Origin: Candidatus Woodwardiibium gallinarum
GTDB lineage: Bacteria > Bacillota > Clostridia > Oscillospirales > CAG-382
DNA length: 64,000 nucleotides
Direction of reading: 5' to 3'
Assembly: GCA_904419545.1 (NCBI GenBank)
Contig: CAJFRY010000004.1
Coordinates: forward strand, 9,435-73,434
Shown: positions 10,421-19,098 of the stretch, in pieces
Layout of the letters: the number at the start of each line of letters is the position of its first letter
Position numbering within the stretch: position 1 is the stretch's first letter
Position numbers and translations under genes: made by a program
Notes under the pieces: model-generated
Seen by the model: the letters and a program-made list of their open reading frames with translations, nothing else
Databases searched by the model: none
What the model was told of the DNA's origin: nothing

Positions 10421-10804
10421 TTACAGACGATTCTGGTCGCCCCACGCACACATCCCATCCAAAATCGGAATCAGCGACTTGCCTCGTTCCGTCAGGCTGT
10501 ACTCGACTTTGGGCGGTATCTGCGGGTATTCTTCCCGATGTACGAGCTGATCCCGCTCCAATTCCTTCAGCGCAGAGCTCAGCGTCTTATAGGAAATGGA
10601 ACCGATGTACTTTTTTATCTCATTGAATCGAACCACGCCAAACTCCATAAGCGTATAGAGGATCGTCATCTTATATTTTCCGCTGATCAACGACAAAGTA
10701 TAATGGAAGCCCGTTGTGCTGAGACATGCGTTTATTATATACACCTTTTTCCCATTTTTGCGCTCTCCTTTGGGTAAGTATATGAATTCATAATCGTATC
10801 GCAC
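10421..10804 (-). CDS. HxlR-family winged-helix transcriptional regulator
   Basis: LISGKYKMTILYTL...RFNEIKKYIGSISYKTLSSALKELERDQLVHREEYPQIPPKVEYSLTERG is a canonical HxlR pattern. The GTG start is uncertain because no clear SD was found. Confidence 0.8.
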   Translation of the reverse strand: MRYDYEFIYLPKGERKNGKKVYIINACLSTTGFHYTLSLISGKYKMTILYTLMEFGVVRFNEIKKYIGSISYKTLSSALKELERDQLVHREEYPQIPPKVEYSLTERGKSLIPILDGMCAWGDQNRL

Positions 10805-10894
10805 CGAAATGTGCGTACTTGTCTTTTTTGAATTCCGATTATACTATCCAGGACGGAAAAAGTCAATTCCGCAAACAGAAAGGGAGGAAAATCG

Positions 10895-11500
10895 ATGACA
10901 AAGAACTTTGGTGCAAAACCCTATTTGTTTCCCATGCCGACCTATATGATCGGAACCTACAACGAGGATGACACCGTCGATGTGATGATGATGGCATGGG
11001 GCGGGATCTGCGCGGAGGATATGGTCGCGCTGAACCTGGAGGCCGAGCACAAAACCGTGGCCAATATCAACGCAAGGAAGGCGTTCACCCTCGCCGTCCC
11101 GGGGACGGATACGCTCAGAGAATCCGATTTCTTCGGAATCGCCACCGCCAACAGGACGGCTGACAAATTCGGGCGCAGCGGACTCCACGCAGTCAAAAGC
11201 GAAAGCGTAGACGCGCCGGTCATTGCGGAATATCCGATCACGCTGGAATGCGAGGTCATCGAAATGCAGACGCAGCCTTACGGCCTGCGGGTCCTCGGCA
11301 GAATCGTCAACGTGGTCGCCGATGAAAAGGTCTTAGATGCAGCCGGAAAGATCGACGCCGGCAAAATCCACGCCTTTGCCTTTGACCAGATGCAAAACGG
11401 CTATTATGCCATCGGAGAAAAAATCGGTCAGGCCTGGAACAGCGGCGCTGCTTTGATGAAAAAGCAGGATAACGGAGACGGGAAAGCTAAAAATCCATAA
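10895..11500 (+). CDS. Flavin reductase-like (FMN-binding split-barrel) protein
   Basis: Divergent from the HxlR gene. PMPTYMIGTY...VMMMAWGG...FTLAVP...ECEV is typical of the flavin reductase domain family. Confidence 0.75.
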   Translation: MTKNFGAKPYLFPMPTYMIGTYNEDDTVDVMMMAWGGICAEDMVALNLEAEHKTVANINARKAFTLAVPGTDTLRESDFFGIATANRTADKFGRSGLHAVKSESVDAPVIAEYPITLECEVIEMQTQPYGLRVLGRIVNVVADEKVLDAAGKIDAGKIHAFAFDQMQNGYYAIGEKIGQAWNSGAALMKKQDNGDGKAKNP

Positions 11501-12040
11501 CCGTACGCCTTTACGCGGAACCGCCAAAGCGCAGAGGGCATAATTCGACCTTCGCGCACAGCATTTTGTAACCAATGCTTGCGGCGCGCCGGGATTGCGT
11601 CCGGCTTTTTCACCCCCCCCGCCGCCGGACCCGAGGGAACGGCGCCGGCACCCCTGCTTCGGACGCATCTCTCCTTTCAGCGCAATGACCGCCTATACCA
11701 TAACGAAGCGGCTGTTCAACAAAACAGCGCTGCCGGCCAACCAACGCAAACGGAAAAACGGATAGGAAGCCTGCCGGCTTCCTATCCGTCCGTTTGCATT
11801 TCCAGCCGCCGTATCTCGCCGGCGCGGCCACCGCTTCCCCTCTTCTCCCGCCGGACCCGAGGGAACATCGACCGCCGTCTGCGTATGCCTCCTGCCCGAC
11901 GCCAAAGCTGCGGGCTTACGGACACAACGGCTCCGTTTCCCGCAGCTTTTCCGGCTTTCTTTTCTACACAAAAAAAACAATTGCAGGACCGCGCGCCGCC
12001 ATCGGCCTTTTCTGACCGGTGTGCAGAGACATGCGCCCGC

Positions 12041-12535
12041 TTACAACCGCTTTTCCATAATGCTGCGCTGGACGGAATAGCCGTTTTTTTCATAGAACGC
12101 GATCGCCTCGGTGTTGAACGCCCATACGTTCAAATCCATGTTATAGCAGCCCGCTTCGCGCGCGAATGCCTCCGCCTTACGCATCAGTGCGCTGCCCACG
12201 CCCTGCTTCACGCACGAGGGGTCGACACAGAGATCCTCAACGTACAGCGTGCGGACAGCGCGCAGCGACGGGTTGGACGGCGTACTGCGCAGACGGCAGA
12301 TGATATAGCCGACCACCCGCCCCGAGCCGTCATCCGCCACGAACACCGGCGAGCTTTCATCCGCGAACAGCGCGAGCACCCCCGCACGGTCGAATTTCGC
12401 ACCGCTGCCGATAAACAGGTCGGGCCTGCCTTCGCGGTGAAGCTGCGCAATATAGGCCAGCAGCTCCTCCACGCGGCCGGCGTCCGCTTCGCACGGGGTA
12501 CGGATGATAAGATCTTGCATATTGTATTTCGCCAT
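12041..12535 (-). CDS. GNAT-family N-acetyltransferase
   Basis: 164 aa. Motif A (LCVDPSCVKQGVGSALM) and a C-terminal AIAFYEKNGY. Confidence 0.8.
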   Translation of the reverse strand: MAKYNMQDLIIRTPCEADAGRVEELLAYIAQLHREGRPDLFIGSGAKFDRAGVLALFADESSPVFVADDGSGRVVGYIICRLRSTPSNPSLRAVRTLYVEDLCVDPSCVKQGVGSALMRKAEAFAREAGCYNMDLNVWAFNTEAIAFYEKNGYSVQRSIMEKRL

Positions 12536-12655
12536 CCTTTCATTTTGTCGTATAGATTATACCACCGGCGACGGCCGCTGTCAACCGCCGTAACGCCCCC
12601 TTGCGGGAGGGGCAGGAAAACCGATTGCGCAGACGGTTGTTTTGCAAAAAAACTC

Positions 12656-12684
12656 TTGACAAATCCCGCACACTGTGCTAAAAT
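12656..12684 (+). promoter_or_regulatory. Sigma-A type promoter for tRNA-Gln
   Basis: TTGACA (12656-12661), 17-nt spacer ending in TGC, then TAAAAT (12679-12684). It lies about 30 nt upstream of the tRNA 5' end. Confidence 0.6.
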
Positions 12685-12714
12685 AACTAAGCTTACAGCA
12701 GAAACTGAATATTT

Positions 12715-12788
12715 TGCGGAATTGTGTAATGGTAGCACGGCAGACTCTGACTCTGTTTGTGAGGGTTCAAATCCTTCTTCCGCAGCCA
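12715..12788 (+). tRNA. tRNA-Gln (anticodon CUG), CCA encoded
   Basis: The cloverleaf was folded by hand. Acceptor stem TGCGGAA/TTCCGCA, D-loop with GG, anticodon loop CTCTGAC (CTG at 12747-12749), T-loop TTCAAAT, discriminator G, then CCA. Confidence 0.9.
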
Positions 12789-12795
12789 GTCGAGA

Positions 12796-12830
12796 GCCTC
12801 GACACGCAACGCGTTCGGGGCTTTTCCTTT
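12796..12830 (+). terminator. Terminator-like hairpin after tRNA-Gln
   Basis: 7-bp stem GCCTCGA/TCGGGGC with a 12-nt loop, followed by TTTTCCTTTT. A second hairpin (AAAACGCCATT/AATGGCGTTTT) lies at 12888-12929. Confidence 0.55.
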
Positions 12831-13061
12831 TCCAAAGCTTTGATGCCCGCGTCGGAGCGGCTTCTTTTTAGTCCCCGGTTACATATGAAAACGCCATTCG
12901 CTTCTGAATTCTTAGGGTAATGGCGTTTTTGTTTACGCGTTACGCAGATTCCCATATTGCAAAAGCGGCAGAATCGTGCTTCTATATACAAAAAACGCAT
13001 GTGTATTTATTCAAATAAATAGCAATATGTAATTCGATTTGCCTATTCCTATGTTGTCGTA

Positions 13062-14183
13062 ATGTTAGGGGTGGATTCAATGAATATATCCAGATCTATC
13101 GACTATCTTCTTGAAAACGGAGGGAATCTTCTTCGCTACAGACTGCACCGGGATGTTTTACATGACCTTACTCCTGTGGAAGAAGAAAACCATCTTGAGG
13201 GGCTTCGCCAGAGTGATGATTATAAGTTGTTGCTCTCGCATATTCATGAAAACGGATATATCGGACGCGGAATGCATTCCTGGGAAAAATTCAAGACTTC
13301 ACACTTGGACGATGGAGAATCGGCTGCACGCTATATCGCCAATACAGGTATCCCGGCAGACACTCCGTTTGTTTACAACTTTGCAATGGCCCTGCGCAAC
13401 GATGACGTATTGGAGGAGGAATTTTCCTATTATCATCCCGAAAAAGTGCGGTTTGCCAATCGGAATTGCGGACTAAACAGCGGTTCATCTTTGGGCGTAA
13501 CAATCAATACTTGTCAGGCATTGATTGGTTACGGAGATGACGACGAGATAAAGCCGTTTGTCGATATATCCTATCGTGCATTCACAAGTTTATTGGAACT
13601 GAATTCCGTCTATGATTTAGTGGAGTTTAACCCTAATCTAAAACGAAAATATAATTACCCGACGATTACCCCGGAAACCTATTTCCCGTGTCAATACCAT
13701 CTGGAAACGCTTGCCTGTACAAATTCATGGCGAACTTCTGATTCCGTTGAATTGTTGGCAAAGGCAATCAATTACCATGACGAGATCTGTACGGATCATT
13801 TTTCCTTTGCAGTAAAGATGAACGGAAAGCAGGTCGGACCCGGATGGGCGTATATGCAGCCCTTTCACGAGTTGTCCTTTCCAAGCAAGGCGCCAAATCA
13901 TCGAAAAACCTTAACCTGTCTTGCAAAGGTCGTTGGGGAAAAGGCGGATGTGGTTAAGCGTTCCAGAAAAATACTTGAAGAGATGCTTGATGCGGACGGG
14001 GTCCTTCGTACAACTTTTGATACGCCATATCAGAAAAAATGTTTTAAGGATAACTTGCGAATCGCACATCCTTATGCTGAAATCGGATTGGAACCAAATC
14101 ACAGGAAGGATTGTGCGATTTGGTGTGAGCTAACCTTTTGGGCAGTTCAATATTTATATATTCTTGGGGCTGCGGAGTGGTAA
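13062..14183 (+). CDS. Hypothetical protein on a low-GC islet, no recognised domain
   Basis: 373-aa ORF (alternative ATG at 13080) in DNA visibly more AT-rich than the surroundings. It lies immediately downstream of tRNA-Gln. Confidence 0.6.
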   Translation: MLGVDSMNISRSIDYLLENGGNLLRYRLHRDVLHDLTPVEEENHLEGLRQSDDYKLLLSHIHENGYIGRGMHSWEKFKTSHLDDGESAARYIANTGIPADTPFVYNFAMALRNDDVLEEEFSYYHPEKVRFANRNCGLNSGSSLGVTINTCQALIGYGDDDEIKPFVDISYRAFTSLLELNSVYDLVEFNPNLKRKYNYPTITPETYFPCQYHLETLACTNSWRTSDSVELLAKAINYHDEICTDHFSFAVKMNGKQVGPGWAYMQPFHELSFPSKAPNHRKTLTCLAKVVGEKADVVKRSRKILEEMLDADGVLRTTFDTPYQKKCFKDNLRIAHPYAEIGLEPNHRKDCAIWCELTFWAVQYLYILGAAEW

Positions 14184-14900
14184 TGCCTGCTTGTGTTGCT
14201 TGTATTCGGTGCGTGTGCAGGAACGCTTAGACCGGTTCAGGTTCACCGAATGAAAATCCGCCGGCATCTCATTCGCGCGCTCTCGGCAAACCGGCAGAAA
14301 AGCGCCTTTTGCAAGTCGCGCACCGCAGGCCTTTTCAAACCGCGTGGCTCGCGTCTAAGCCGAGCTTTTTTGTATCCCCTTTCCAAGCATGACGCTGGAT
14401 CCAATTCATTTGGGTTCAGCGTTATTTTTTGACTTAGAGGCTGTCCGTGATCGTTGCCTCTTTACAGCGGCGAGTCGCCGCAGGCAGACCGCGCACTGCG
14501 TTGTGTGCCCGGTTTTGTTTTTCCGCCCGCGTTTAGGCTGCATTTTTTCATTCCGGCTTGACAGGTCTGCGGCCGGCCAATCGTAATGTGTTGCCGACTG
14601 CTTCCTGCTGCCGGCCCTTGCCTTTCCATGAAAAAAGCACAACGGTTGGATTTTGTTGTGCTTTCACAAATCAATGCAATTAAATCCACGAACGCCGCAT
14701 TTCGGAGACGCCGCCGTCCAATCGTTTATTCGGGCGTGGACCGCAAGTCTCTGCGGGCGCACTTTGCATCAGACGTGCCGAACCCCTTTCCGCCGCTTTT
14801 CGGGAGAGGGCCTTAGGCCGGCGTGCACCTGACCGAGCACCGCCGCGCCGCGAAACAAAAGCTTTTCCGTACCCATCAAGGCGCCGGATTTTCTGCGCAG

Positions 14901-14939
14901 AAAAAGGCCCGGGTCGCCGGCCGGCGATCAGGCCTTTTT
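14901..14939 (-). terminator. Hairpin terminator downstream of tspO (possibly bidirectional)
   Basis: AAAAAGGCC...GGCCTTTTT with an inner TCGCCGG/CCGGCGA stem. T-runs are present on both strands. Confidence 0.6.
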
Positions 14940-14972
14940 CTCTTGAACAAAACGCTTCGCCAAGCGGTTATC

Positions 14973-15434
14973 TCAATTCAGCAGATATATCGAAAGGTTC
15001 AAATATCCCGCGAACGCCACCCATAGTAAATAGGGGATCATCAGGTACCCCGCCGGCTTTGAAATTCGGAAAAACAACACGGTTGCAGCCAGAATGAGCA
15101 GCCACAGCAGCACGAGCCAGACGAACGAGAACAGATACGCCTGCATATTGAAGAAGAACAATGGCCAGAAAAAGTTGAGCAAAAGCTGCACACCGTATAC
15201 GAACAGCGCAAGCCCGTTCGGCTTTCCGGAAGTCAGCACCAGATAGGACGCGATTCCCATCAGAACATACAGCACCGTCCAAACCACCGGGAACAGCCAG
15301 CCGGGCGGCGCCAGCGGCGGCTTCGCGATTGCCTCGAAGGTCTCCATGCTGCCGCGTGTCAGCAGCGCCGAAAGTCCGCCGACCGCCAGCGGGACGGCCA
15401 GGCAGACGATGAGCTTTTTCCATTGGATTTTCAT
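14973..15434 (-). CDS. tspO: TspO/MBR family tryptophan-rich sensory protein
   Basis: 153 aa with five TM helices. KPPLAPPGWLFPVVWTVLYVLMG and WPLFFF...YLLWVAFAGYLN are typical TspO motifs. Confidence 0.85.
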   Translation of the reverse strand: MKIQWKKLIVCLAVPLAVGGLSALLTRGSMETFEAIAKPPLAPPGWLFPVVWTVLYVLMGIASYLVLTSGKPNGLALFVYGVQLLLNFFWPLFFFNMQAYLFSFVWLVLLWLLILAATVLFFRISKPAGYLMIPYLLWVAFAGYLNLSIYLLN

Positions 15435-16470
15435 AAAAGCAACCCTCGCTTTCGCGCAGCGAAAGCCTCCCTTCCTGAAAAGTTTGTTGTGCGGCGAACC
15501 CCTTTACGCTTACTATATGCGCAAAAGCGTACCCATATACAAAAAGCGCAGCCTTCCCCGCCCGTTTTTTCGCGTACAGTGTGTTCCTGCAAGACGTTAA
15601 GCGGCCCGCGGCAGTTCATGCGGTTAAGCAGAGAATCGCTGCGCAAGGGCTTTCCTTCTACGCATAAAATCCGCAACGGGTTTGCCGCACAAAAGCAGAG
15701 CTGACCGGCGGGCTAACGGAAAAGGCGCCGCGCAGCCCGCACGTCTGTTTTTACACGGTCAGCACCCGCTCTACGGCACTCTGCCCGTTAGCAAAAAACA
15801 CCGCGTAAAAGCATCTGCTGTACGCGCGTCATAGATGTGCGATGCCCAACGCACGGCGAGCAAACCTCTCCGTTCCCCCATACGGGAACACGCGCCGCAC
15901 CTCTCCGCTCTTCCGGTTCCGTGACTCCCGTCCGCGCCGCCGGAACGCACCGGCTGAAAACCTGCCGCGAACATTGCTTTCGCCCGTTCTTCCATACGTA
16001 TCAGGCCCGGGAATGCGAAAAAGCAACGTACAAAAGGCCGTTTTCTTTTATGCATGTGCTCAAATGCCCAACACCCGCTGTGCGTGCGTTGAGCATAAGA
16101 AAAAATCAGCCGGCGTTTAACCGCTTTGCCTTAATCTCCTTTTTGTATATCGCCGCTCATAAATCCGTGCATCGTCCCGTTATATGGGACAGTGCATGGA
16201 AAGCAAAAAACGGAATCGCGGGATTTCGTATAAATCATATGGATTCTTTTTATATACAGGAAACCGCGCTTATTCCCTCGGTTTCTATCCCCGCCGCCCG
16301 CAGCACGGACAGAGCGTGCGCGACAAAACCGGAATGAACCCCTCTTTTCAGCCGTTTTCCTATGATGTTCATTGAAGTGAAAACGAAATTCAGGTCCCCG
16401 CAAAACGGGCGGCCGGCATAAAACGCGGAAAGAAACAACCGGAAATCCGCCGTTTCGGCTCCGTTCCCCT

Positions 16471-16511
16471 CCGTATGTCCAACGCCGGCAAAGCCGGCGT
16501 TGGACATACGG
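16471..16511. repeat. Perfect 19-bp palindromic hairpin (core ACGCCGGC-AAA-GCCGGCGT)
   Basis: CCGTATGTCCAACGCCGGC AAA GCCGGCGTTGGACATACGG. No flanking U-run on either strand. Confidence 0.85.
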
Positions 16512-16686
16512 GCATTGCTTATCCCCAAACGCAATGCAAAACTGTACAAAAAACGAGCATAATCTGCTTTGCGAAGGCTTTTGCCAGGCATATCCTGAGC
16601 ATAGCTTTTATGCGAGGGTTTTTCGCCCTGCAGTTTGATTGCGTGTTCATACGTACTCAGCCGCTTTTCTGCCTTGGCCGCCGCCG

Positions 16687-16723
16687 AAAAAAGGCCCTCC
16701 GCTTCCGCGCGGACGGCCTTTTT
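16687..16723 (-). terminator. Rho-independent terminator of proS
   Basis: GC-rich stem GGCCGTCCGC/GCGGAGGGCC with one mismatch, followed on the - strand by TTTTTT. It lies 10 nt after the proS stop. Confidence 0.7.
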
Positions 16724-16733
16724 CGTTCCCGAT

Positions 16734-18173
16734 TTAATACGCCTTGCCCCAGTAAACGAGGTGCTTGGCTTCCTTCCCGCAGCAGACGCAGCGGCTGCCC
16801 GGCGCAAGCGTCTCGCCGAAGGGGATGCAGCGCGAACTGACGCCGGTCTTTTCCTTGACTTCGTCCTCGCAGGCCTCGTCGCCGCACCACGGCGCGCGGA
16901 CGAAGCCGTCGCCCCTGGCTTCGAGCGTTGAAAGGATTTCCCCGACCGTCGCGCAGTCGTAGGTACGCGCTTCGCGGTTGGCCAGCGCGGCGGCGTACAT
17001 GCCGCTGCGGACATCCTCGAGCGCCTGCGCAAGGGAAGCGGAGACGGTCTCGAGCGGAACGGTGCGCTTTTCGCCGTTATGGCGCAGCGCCAGCACGCAC
17101 TGGCCGGCCTCGATGTCGCGCGGGCCGAGCTCGATGCGGACGGGCACGCCCTTCATTTCATACTCGGCGTACTTCCAGCCGGCGGAATTGTCGCTGTCGT
17201 CCAGCTTCACGCGGAAGTCCTTCGCCAGCGCCGCGCGCAGCTCCCCGCAGCGCTCGAGAACGCCGGGCTTATGCTGCGCGACGGGGATGATGACCGCCTG
17301 CACCGGCGCAACGGCGGGCGGCAGGACCAAGCCGTTATCGTCCCCGTGGGTCATGATGATGGCGCCGATGAGCCGTGTCGTCACGCCCCACGAGGTCTGG
17401 AAGGGATAGGTCTTGACGTTTTCCCTATTGGTATATTGGATATCGAACGCGCGGGCAAAACCGTCGCCGAAATAATGGCTCGTACCGGCCTGGAGCGCCT
17501 TGCCGTCGTGCATAAGCGCCTCGATGGCGTAGGTCGCCTCGGCGCCGGCGAACTTGTCGCTGTCGGTCTTGCGGCCGCGGATAACCGGCATCGCCAGCGA
17601 CTGCTCGCAGAAATCGGCGTAAACGTCCAGCATACGCTCGGTTTCGGCGACGGCCTCTTCGGCGGTAGCGTGGATGGTATGCCCCTCCTGCCAGAGGAAC
17701 TCACGCGAACGGAGGAAAGGGCGGGTCGTCTTTTCCCAGCGGACGACGCTCACCCACTGGTTATACAGCTTAGGCAGGTCGCGGTAGGAATGGATGATGT
17801 TGGCGTAATGCTCGCAGAACAGCGTCTCCGACGTCGGGCGGATGCAGAGGCGCTCCTCCAGCTTTTCGCTGCCGCCCTGCGTGACCCACGCCACCTCGGG
17901 CGCAAAGCCTGCGACGTGATCTTTTTCTTTTTGCAGCAGGCTCTCGGGGATGAACATCGGCATATTGACGTTCTCATGCCCGGTGGCCTTGAAGGCGGCA
18001 TCAAGGATGCGCTGGATGTTTTCCCAGATCGCGTAGCCGTAGGGACGGATGACCATGCAGCCCTTGACGCTGGTGTATTCGATCAGCTCGGCCTTTTTGA
18101 CGATGTCGGTATACCAGCGGGCAAAGTCCTCGTCCCGGCCGGTGATGGCCTCGACCTGTTTTTTTTCTGCCAT
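16734..18173 (-). CDS. proS: Proline--tRNA ligase (archaeal/eukaryote-like class IIa form)
   Basis: 479 aa. The N-terminus ([17 protein letters not shown]...[16 protein letters not shown]) and the C-terminal zinc-type CGDEACE...[18 protein letters not shown] are typical. Confidence 0.92.
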   Translation of the reverse strand: MAEKKQVEAITGRDEDFARWYTDIVKKAELIEYTSVKGCMVIRPYGYAIWENIQRILDAAFKATGHENVNMPMFIPESLLQKEKDHVAGFAPEVAWVTQGGSEKLEERLCIRPTSETLFCEHYANIIHSYRDLPKLYNQWVSVVRWEKTTRPFLRSREFLWQEGHTIHATAEEAVAETERMLDVYADFCEQSLAMPVIRGRKTDSDKFAGAEATYAIEALMHDGKALQAGTSHYFGDGFARAFDIQYTNRENVKTYPFQTSWGVTTRLIGAIIMTHGDDNGLVLPPAVAPVQAVIIPVAQHKPGVLERCGELRAALAKDFRVKLDDSDNSAGWKYAEYEMKGVPVRIELGPRDIEAGQCVLALRHNGEKRTVPLETVSASLAQALEDVRSGMYAAALANREARTYDCATVGEILSTLEARGDGFVRAPWCGDEACEDEVKEKTGVSSRCIPFGETLAPGSRCVCCGKEAKHLVYWGKAY

Positions 18174-18439
18174 AGATTACTACCTCCGAAATATGTAAAA
18201 TACCGCCGTTTTTTCGTCCAAAATGCGGGAAAACGCGCGCGGAATTATTCACAAAATTGATATTGCTTTGTATCAATGAAATATATTATAATGAGCGTAG
18301 GTACATCCCCGGTGCTTCGGGGACGTTCCGTTGCATTATAGTAAACGACATAAATTTTCTTAACTTACCCCGGCCACAGATGCAAAAATCACGGCATTTG
18401 CAGCCTGTCCAAGTGAAAATTTGAATGTCGTTAACTATA

Positions 18440-18468
18440 AGTATAACAGAAACGGTTCTGGTTGTCAA
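18440..18468 (-). promoter_or_regulatory. Candidate promoter about 260 nt upstream of proS
   Basis: On the - strand: TTGACA, 17 nt, then TATACT. A second candidate (TTAAGA, 17 nt, TATAAT) has its -10 at 18335-18340. Confidence 0.45.
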
Positions 18469-18505
18469 CAGCCAAAATGCACGGCGGAAAGGACGTTTTT
18501 TTCAA

Positions 18506-19051
18506 ATGCAATCGAAAAAAAGAACGGTTTGCCTCCTCGCCGCGCTCCTTGCCTGCGTGCTGCCGCTGTGCGCCTGCTCGGCGGTGAACAGCGCGCTGGA
18601 GGGGCTGGGGCTGGGCGAGCTTGGGCAGAAAATGGAACAGGCGTGGGACGAGTTCGGACGCGACGCGTGGAACGACATGACCGACGATGCATGGCGCGAG
18701 TTCGGATTCGGAAAATTGCTGGAGTGGCCGTCCGAGGGGCCGGGCGCCAAGCTGCCGCCGCTGCGCAGCGGCGAGCTGAGCGCTCATCTGGACGAGCCGA
18801 CGCGCGGCTTCCTGCGCGTCACATCGCTCAAGGCGTCGGACTATGCCGCCTATGTTGACGAATTGACCGAGCTGGGCTTTGCCGCAGAAAACGGATTTTT
18901 GCAAAACAACGGCGTGTGGGTTGCGCTGCACTATGACGAAACGGCGCAGGCGCTGCTGCTGTTTTACGCCGACTCTGCCTCGTCGCTGACCGACCTGATC
19001 GAGCATCCGCCCTCCGTCTCCGAGGCGGAGGATACAGTCGCCGAAAGCTGA
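18506..19051 (+). CDS. Hypothetical lipoprotein
   Basis: The internal ATG gives MQSKKRTVCLLAALLACVLPLCACS, a signal peptide with a lipobox. No family was recognised. Confidence 0.6.
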   Translation: MQSKKRTVCLLAALLACVLPLCACSAVNSALEGLGLGELGQKMEQAWDEFGRDAWNDMTDDAWREFGFGKLLEWPSEGPGAKLPPLRSGELSAHLDEPTRGFLRVTSLKASDYAAYVDELTELGFAAENGFLQNNGVWVALHYDETAQALLLFYADSASSLTDLIEHPPSVSEAEDTVAES

Positions 19052-19098
19052 CGAAGCCGCTTTAGATTCCGACAGAAAGGAATGTAAACTTAAACGTT

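Noticed and set aside
13062-14183. Possible homology between the 373-aa islet protein and the 325-aa hypothetical protein at 62895..63872.
   Set aside because: Only vague similarities in residue pattern were seen by eye. I cannot support this without a real alignment.
14990-15005. GGTTCAAATATCC, resembling the T-arm of tRNA-Gln, considered as a possible att direct repeat closing the low-GC islet.
   Set aside because: Only about 9 contiguous nt match. It lies inside the tspO coding sequence and 800 nt beyond the compositional boundary.
18174-18468. T-box riboswitch upstream of proS.
   Set aside because: By eye I found no GGGTGGTACCGCG-type T-box sequence, no specifier-loop context and no terminator/antiterminator pair. 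It is kept only as an unexplained leader and needs an Infernal scan.
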